The notes beneath the pieces were generated by a model that made no database searches, had not been told where the DNA came from, and was given only the letters and a program-made list of their open reading frames with translations. A stretch of DNA of 64,000 nt from Candidatus Omnitrophota bacterium. Lineage in GTDB: Bacteria > Omnitrophota > Gorgyraeia > JACQQV01. This document shows, piece by piece, positions 58,545-64,000 of this stretch. A program made the translations under genes and the position numbers. Location of the stretch: positions 302-64,301 of the forward strand of contig JACQQV010000010.1 in assembly GCA_016206785.1 (NCBI GenBank), in the 5' to 3' direction. The first letter of the stretch is position 1. Every line of letters begins with the position of its first letter.

Positions 58545-58918
58545 TTTCCTGATCTTCGAAAAATACCGCGGATCAGACGTCGGACCGCTGAACCCTCCTC
58601 GTTTGGCGCGGCCCCATCCCAGCCCTCCTTTCTTCCCTTCTCCCAGCCGGGTGGCGTCTTCCCCTGTTTCTCCAATCCGGGGGGAAGTTTGTCTTTCTTG
58701 GAAAGTCCCGGAGGCATCCCGCCGGGGCTTTCTGGCTCACCGGCCAATTCGTCGGCAACCTCCCGAATCACCGACCGCCCGACCTCCTCTCCAGCCCGTT
58801 CTGCCGCAGACGGTCGCGTCCCGGCGTGACCTTTCCCTTTCCCCTTAGGTTGTGCAAACGTCGTCGTTGGCACAAAAAGCCAAACAAGCACCATCATGAA
58901 CACAACGGTCCGTTTCAT
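58541..58918 (-). CDS. Secreted protein with PPGL(S/E)K repeats
   Basis: Signal peptide; PPGLSKK/PPGLEKQ/PPGWEK. Confidence 0.65.
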   Translation of the reverse strand: MKRTVVFMMVLVWLFVPTTTFAQPKGKGKGHAGTRPSAAERAGEEVGRSVIREVADELAGEPESPGGMPPGLSKKDKLPPGLEKQGKTPPGWEKGRKEGWDGAAPNEEGSAVRRLIRGIFRRSGK

Positions 58919-60081
58919 CTTTTTTCTCCTCTCTTTCCGTTCACAGGGATCATTTTCAGAAGTCCTTTAGAACGCAACGCCCCAAATAACTCCCGCGCCA
59001 CCCAGACATGTCCCTCAGGACTGAGATGGCCATCTGCAAGCCATAAAGACTCGAAATCGCCTTGCCATTTCAGAAGGGACTGAGAGAGATTTGAAAAGGA
59101 GATACCCTCTCTCTCACAAAATTTTTCCAAGGCAAGATCCAAACGGGGGGTATCCGCATCCGGCATCGCTCGAAGGCTCCGCATCTGACTACGCGCAGGG
59201 AGGATGAGAAGAAAAGGCCTTGCACCGATCTCTTTCACCTCACGGTCCCAAGCTTCTAAAATCGCCAGGGTCAAATGAAAGGCGGGTTGCTTCTCCAGAG
59301 GAACCTTATGTTGGTCCTTTTTTGCCCTCTCCTCCCGATCGGCGCTCCGCCGGAGAAGCGTGGAATAGGTGACGCGTAACCAGTTTGCAGCATGAGAGTG
59401 GGACATGAGGAAACGATATCCAGGTCGATTCTGGACTCTTGAATTGATCACATAATTTCTGTATTTTTTCGACATCTCAACCGTTGCAGGTTGTTGCACT
59501 AATTTCCCTTTCTTCAACTTAAAAAGCTGCGCCTCCCAATTATCTTCCATGTCGTTGTACACAAAAAAGGCGAGGATCACAAGATCGGGTTCGTATCTTT
59601 TCCCAATGCGGCGGAAAAGAATCAGTTCCTGGTCATTCCCATACCCGCGGATCGCCGCGTTAATCGTTTCTACGCCTTTGATGTGCGCTGCCTCGAGAAG
59701 TAACTCGAGTTGCTTCAAATAAGTCTCCTCGAACTCAACCCCTTCGCCCATGCTTATCGAATCACCGAGGAGTAAAATACGAAAAACATGGTTTGGTTTA
59801 TGAAAGGAAGTCTCCCTTTCCCGGATCCCCACTGAATTGGTCTTAAGATGGTACATCCGCACAGAGGTTCCTTTAAAATGGGCCTCCGTATTGGGTTTGA
59901 GTGTGTAGATTATTTCTTGATCGAGCTGTACCCCTTGCGGTCTGATTAAATCTTGCGGAAAGAACAGGCGCAAACAGATCTCTGCGACAAGAAGCGCCAA
60001 GCCCACACCAAACGCCAAAGAGACTATCCTGGCTAGGAAATATCTCCTTATTTTAAAGTTCCTTCCACTTGCCTTTTTCAA
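58915..60081 (-). CDS. Membrane-anchored SGNH/GDSL hydrolase
   Basis: LGDSISMG, NAAIRGYG, ND and DGHLS motifs. The start is uncertain. Confidence 0.85.
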   Translation of the reverse strand: MKKASGRNFKIRRYFLARIVSLAFGVGLALLVAEICLRLFFPQDLIRPQGVQLDQEIIYTLKPNTEAHFKGTSVRMYHLKTNSVGIRERETSFHKPNHVFRILLLGDSISMGEGVEFEETYLKQLELLLEAAHIKGVETINAAIRGYGNDQELILFRRIGKRYEPDLVILAFFVYNDMEDNWEAQLFKLKKGKLVQQPATVEMSKKYRNYVINSRVQNRPGYRFLMSHSHAANWLRVTYSTLLRRSADREERAKKDQHKVPLEKQPAFHLTLAILEAWDREVKEIGARPFLLILPARSQMRSLRAMPDADTPRLDLALEKFCEREGISFSNLSQSLLKWQGDFESLWLADGHLSPEGHVWVARELFGALRSKGLLKMIPVNGKRGEKR

Positions 60082-60703
60082 GGACTTCGATTTGGAGAAT
60101 AGGATGGATCTCCCAGCTAGTGGCAGCCCCTCTCCCGATCAGGTCCAGATGTTGCTGATCCATCATGAGCCACCCGCTGATCCGCACATGGGCGCGGTCA
60201 TCCGCCAGCTTCTGTAATCTCTCATGCTCCCAAGTGGGGTGTCGGTCCTGGATGCGGGGGGTCGTTTCCGTAATCATGGCTTTGGTTCGGTCGTCGTTCG
60301 GAGACTCCGCGAGCAACAGATGAAAATCGCCCTTTGGCGAATAGCAGTTGGCACTCTCTTGTTTGCCGGGGAATCCCTTTACCACATATCCCTCCGTCCG
60401 GACCGCCCGGGCCTCCTGCACCCTGACCTTCTCCAGCGTCTCTTTCGGCCATTCCCTTCTCCACTTCTCCTGAGAAATCCCTCTGGGAATCTCCAACCGG
60501 ATCAAATCGGCCAGCTTCACGTCTTCGAAGTGATCCGGTCTCTCGATCCGGTTTTTGGCCAGGTTTAAGTCGGGATCATTCGGACCCGTAGGCGACACCT
60601 TGCCCTCTGGAGGACAGTTGTTGAATACGTTTTCCAGCTGAGCAAAAGCAGGGATAGAAAATAAAAAAGCGAAGGTTAGAATGACCACATGTAACATTTT
60701 CAT
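60053..60703 (-). CDS. Secreted hypothetical protein (CPPEG...WEIHP type)
   Basis: Signal peptide; DFHL, ETTPR and WEIHPI. Confidence 0.65.
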   Translation of the reverse strand: MKMLHVVILTFAFLFSIPAFAQLENVFNNCPPEGKVSPTGPNDPDLNLAKNRIERPDHFEDVKLADLIRLEIPRGISQEKWRREWPKETLEKVRVQEARAVRTEGYVVKGFPGKQESANCYSPKGDFHLLLAESPNDDRTKAMITETTPRIQDRHPTWEHERLQKLADDRAHVRISGWLMMDQQHLDLIGRGAATSWEIHPILQIEVLEKGKWKEL

Positions 60704-60803
60704 GTTTATCTCGCGGCCAGGGATATTTTAGCAACTACTTGATACTGCGTCAATTTCGAAAAAAGCATTGACTCGATTTTGATTTTCTTGGTAAAATAAA
60801 ACC

Positions 60804-61652
60804 ATGAAAAAATTCGTGATTTTTCTTTTCTTATTTTTTCCCCTTCATCCCGTATCCGCCCAAGAGGAGGGCGTTTTGCCCGATTGGGTTCAACGCGTTG
60901 AATATTCTTTTCAGTTAGAAAGTGATAAAAAACCTATTTTTTATTTTCAGACAGTCCAGCCTTTATATCAAGGCAAAGAGAAGGTCGATGCCATTTTTCT
61001 TCAACCGCGCATAAGCCTTCAGGAGGAGCGTACTCTGTATAATTTAGGCCTAGGCTACCGAAAACTCGCCTCGGAGAACTTGATTTTAGGCGCTAATTTT
61101 TTCGGTGATTATCAAGATGTACATCGTCACGGCCGATTGGGCGTGGGATTGGAGGCTTTAGGCCAGATTTGGGAAAGTCGTGTGAATGCCTATTTCGGCG
61201 GTATTACGAACGATGTGAAGGTGGAGGCCACCAATGCCTCGACCACCGTTGAACGCGTGGCCGACGGCGTGGACTATGAAATCGGCGCGCCGTTTCCCTA
61301 CGTACCGTGGCTTAAACTTTATGGCAGCTGGTTCTGGTTTGATTTTAAGGATTTTGATGACAAGGAGGGATGGAAATCCCGCCTGGAAGCCGCCTTAAAC
61401 AAAAGTTTAAAATTGGAAGTATATACATGGGATGATAATAAAGGCGATCTGGAATACGGCGGACGCCTGCGGCTTCATATGGCTTTTAATACGTTTTCTG
61501 ATTTTTTAACGGGTATAAAATTTTCTGGGGAACCTTTCCCAAAAAAAGATTTAAAGGCCCAGTTGTTGATACCGGTTGAACGACAATTTGAGATTACCGT
61601 CGAAAAGAAGATTGAATCGAACGGCTTTACCGTTGAGGCAGGGAGGTCATAA
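60804..61652 (+). CDS. Inverse autotransporter (intimin/invasin-type) beta-barrel-only protein
   Basis: NLGLGYR, LGANFFGDY, HGRLGVGLE, NAYF, GVDYEIG and VERQFEI; no passenger domain. Confidence 0.8.
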   Translation: MKKFVIFLFLFFPLHPVSAQEEGVLPDWVQRVEYSFQLESDKKPIFYFQTVQPLYQGKEKVDAIFLQPRISLQEERTLYNLGLGYRKLASENLILGANFFGDYQDVHRHGRLGVGLEALGQIWESRVNAYFGGITNDVKVEATNASTTVERVADGVDYEIGAPFPYVPWLKLYGSWFWFDFKDFDDKEGWKSRLEAALNKSLKLEVYTWDDNKGDLEYGGRLRLHMAFNTFSDFLTGIKFSGEPFPKKDLKAQLLIPVERQFEITVEKKIESNGFTVEAGRS

Positions 61653-62227
61653 TGCGTCAGGGAACAAAATTATTTTTAAGTAATATGATTTCGGTTTTTT
61701 TAATTTTCGCAATGACACCCCTTACGTGGGCCAATGGGCCGGCCAATGTGTATAAAGTCACGCTGACAAAATTTGAACTTTATAATGGCACATCCTGGGT
61801 GACGATACTTGACGGATCTTCGACCACCATTGATATTGCATCGGCTTCAGCAGGGCAAGCGGCAGGAAGTTTTATCTCTGGAACGACCGTGCCTGATGGG
61901 ACCTATACCCAATCCCGGGTGACCCCTTCAGCCTCCTTTACGATCAAAGGAAATGATGGGGCCGGTAATTTCACGACTGCAACGATTGGTCCCGGTGGAG
62001 GATGTACCCCAACGACGACAGCGTCTCTGGAGGCGCAATGCACAGTCAGTGTCCCCGGGGGCGTTACCGCTGACACAACGACGTTTACCACTCCTATCAA
62101 GATGACCAACGGGGTCGCCAGCCATAAAGTGCGTGTCAGTTTTGATGTGAGCACATCCATCCAGACGGTCTCCGGCGAAATGTTCCCCGCTGCGCCTCTC
62201 GTGACCGTAACAGTCATTGCCTTATAA
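61652..62227 (+). CDS. Secreted Thr-rich beta protein
   Basis: Signal peptide; TAATG overlap with the upstream gene; one Cys pair. Confidence 0.7.
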   Translation: MRQGTKLFLSNMISVFLIFAMTPLTWANGPANVYKVTLTKFELYNGTSWVTILDGSSTTIDIASASAGQAAGSFISGTTVPDGTYTQSRVTPSASFTIKGNDGAGNFTTATIGPGGGCTPTTTASLEAQCTVSVPGGVTADTTTFTTPIKMTNGVASHKVRVSFDVSTSIQTVSGEMFPAAPLVTVTVIAL

Positions 62228-63031
62228 TCATGGATATGAACGCGCTGCCCATTGCGTAACGTCTATTTCTTCCTGAGGTGCACCGATACGCTGCATCACC
62301 CCAAGTTTGTAATGACTGCATGTTTTATCAGGCCCCTGCTTCAAGACACCGAAAAAAGAGCGAGGGTAGTGATATTCTTTTGAATAACACGCACTCTCTG
62401 CGATAAAACCAGCCAACCAGGTCGTTGAACGAAATGTTGTTTCGTTGGACAGTCCTATCACAGCCGGGGTCTTTTTGAAGTTGCGCGAGTTTTGATTCGA
62501 CTTCTCAACTTTTCCAATATGTTTCTTAACGAGCGAGAAGCTCCGTTTCGCTTTTATTTCCAGTAACATCAAGGCTGCTTTGACTTCATCAACGAATTGG
62601 GAATCCCCGATAATTTCAACGTTTGCGTAAATCGTCGTACCAACCGCTTCTTTCTTTGAAGGAGTGCTTTCCGGTTCAGGCAATTGCACCAGAGGAAGAG
62701 GGGTGGGGGGTGCAGGTGTATGGGAAGAAGAGCGCTCGCTCATCCTCCCGAACGTGCTAAGAAGGAGAAGGCCCCCAAGAAGGACAAGAACCCCCCAGAG
62801 GAGGACCGGACTCGTCGTCCGCCTTTCCGTCTTCGCGGGCGCCAGTTTTGGAGTGACCTGTTCGGTCAAATTACGACCGCCGCTCTTTTCTATTTGGCCT
62901 CTGGGAAGCCTGCGTCTTTCATTTTCAACCTTTGTAAGCGCATCTGTTATCTTGCCCACCTCTAACCTCGCATGACAGAATGATACACGAAATAAAAAGG
63001 GGGTCACCCTCTTTAGGGTCTCCCCCATCAC
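62228..63031 (-). CDS. Hypothetical single-TM protein
   Basis: TM helix VLLWGVLVLLGGLLLL and a Pro-rich linker; upstream TTGACA-17-TACACT. Confidence 0.6.
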   Translation of the reverse strand: MMGETLKRVTPFLFRVSFCHARLEVGKITDALTKVENERRRLPRGQIEKSGGRNLTEQVTPKLAPAKTERRTTSPVLLWGVLVLLGGLLLLSTFGRMSERSSSHTPAPPTPLPLVQLPEPESTPSKKEAVGTTIYANVEIIGDSQFVDEVKAALMLLEIKAKRSFSLVKKHIGKVEKSNQNSRNFKKTPAVIGLSNETTFRSTTWLAGFIAESACYSKEYHYPRSFFGVLKQGPDKTCSHYKLGVMQRIGAPQEEIDVTQWAARSYP

Positions 63032-63074
63032 TCAGAATAGTGTACCAGTTCGCCAAAGAAGTGTCAATACGATA

Positions 63075-63296
63075 CTATTTCCGTATTTCCACCACTTTAT
63101 CCCGGCTCCTGAACCCTGTAATAAACCTAATTTGGCTCTTTGTGACCCCAAAATGGTTTGCCAGGACTTCAATCGCGGCTTTGTTGGCCTTTCCTTTCTC
63201 TGCGGAAGCCGTGACATAGACCTTGAGCCCCCAGCTCTCCTCCAGGATCTTCGTCTGCTTCGCTTTTGGGATCACACGAATGTTTTGGTAGGGCAT
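63075..63296 (-). CDS. DUF167/YggU family protein
   Basis: VIPKAK, EKGKAN and GFRSRDK motifs. Confidence 0.85.
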   Translation of the reverse strand: MPYQNIRVIPKAKQTKILEESWGLKVYVTASAEKGKANKAAIEVLANHFGVTKSQIRFITGFRSRDKVVEIRK

Positions 63297-63330
63297 TCTA
63301 GTCCCGATATGAATACAAATTCGGTAATAA

Positions 63331-63383
63331 AATTCGGGGGACGCAACACTTATCTTTTAATTAAGTTGTGTGTCCCCGGAATT
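63331..63383. repeat. Palindromic element AATTC(N)GGGGAC...GTCCCCGGAATT
   Basis: Imperfect long inverted repeat in intergenic space. Confidence 0.65.
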
Positions 63384-63400
63384 CTTTCAGGTATTCCTTT

Positions 63401-64000
63401 TCAAGGCGTTAACACAACCTTTAAAGACTCCTTCCCCTCGACCACAAGGTTAAAACCTTCCTGGATCCTCTCCAAAGGGAGCATGTGAGTAATCGCGTCT
63501 TTCACATTTACCTTGCGATGCTGAATAAGGTCTAAAGATTTTTCCAAGTCGACGGGGGCCGCCCCATAGGTGGAGGTGACGGTGATCTCATTTCTCCAGA
63601 AATCCAAAATGGGAATCGGGACATCTTCTTTTGGAATGGCGAAAAAGAGGATAACCCCTTTCCGGTCGATGCACGCGAAGGTCTGGGCCGCCGCCTCGAG
63701 AGCGCCGGTACAGAGGATGACCCGATCCGCCCTCACCTCAAGGGGTTGATTGGCGAAAAAGACCTGATCCGCGCCGAATTCCTTCGCTTTCCTCAGCCGG
63801 TATTCGTGAATATCTGTGGCAAAAACGGTGGTCCCTTGTAATTTGGCGAGCTGGATGTTCAAGAGACCCGATACCCCGCTCCCCACAATCAGTAGGGTAT
63901 GTCCCTTTTTGAGTTGAATCAGCCGCTGACCTCTGATGGCACAGGCCAGGGGCTCGATCAGCGTTCCTTCTTCATAGGTCATAGAGGCCGGCAGTACATA
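63401..64000 (-). CDS. Zn-dependent alcohol/sugar dehydrogenase, 5'-truncated
   Basis: IEPLAC and the GSGVSG Rossmann motif; the C-terminal KVVL is typical of the MDR family. Confidence 0.85.
   Translation of the reverse strand, partial: YVLPASMTYEEGTLIEPLACAIRGQRLIQLKKGHTLLIVGSGVSGLLNIQLAKLQGTTVFATDIHEYRLRKAKEFGADQVFFANQPLEVRADRVILCTGALEAAAQTFACIDRKGVILFFAIPKEDVPIPILDFWRNEITVTSTYGAAPVDLEKSLDLIQHRKVNVKDAITHMLPLERIQEGFNLVVEGKESLKVVLTP

Overview
Bacterial chromosomal window made up mostly of housekeeping genes. The giant DGG-linker protein and the gene content suggest a PVC-related, Omnitrophota-like organism (inference). Main blocks: (1) an SOS block of partial lexA, an intein-interrupted Rv2578c/SplB-like radical SAM gene and an unannotated 27-aa membrane peptide; (2) an AMIN-like/PilZ/CBM48 membrane protein operon behind a putative attenuator leader; (3) queC, a folM-like SDR and queD; (4) a ~17 kb minus-strand run with the isc genes, split MetE, OGOR and aspA; (5) ispH; (6) a 1945-aa secreted modular protein (two HPr domains, HprK-like, phosphoesterase-like and AprA-like methyltransferase modules, 'xDGG' linkers) under a c-di-GMP-I ON riboswitch; (7) an ABC transporter, a divergent sigma factor, comF, lptFG, metK/ahcY and a permease-less PTS cluster; (8) four tRNAs, mgtE, lemA/htpX, mtnA and a passenger-less inverse autotransporter pair. 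Several families of short palindromic elements occur throughout. The most striking is a 51-bp MITE-like element found three times exactly at start codons, each time supplying a new Shine-Dalgarno and a GTG start. No CRISPR array, rRNA, integrase or transposase was seen. All family assignments are from motif recognition, not database searches.
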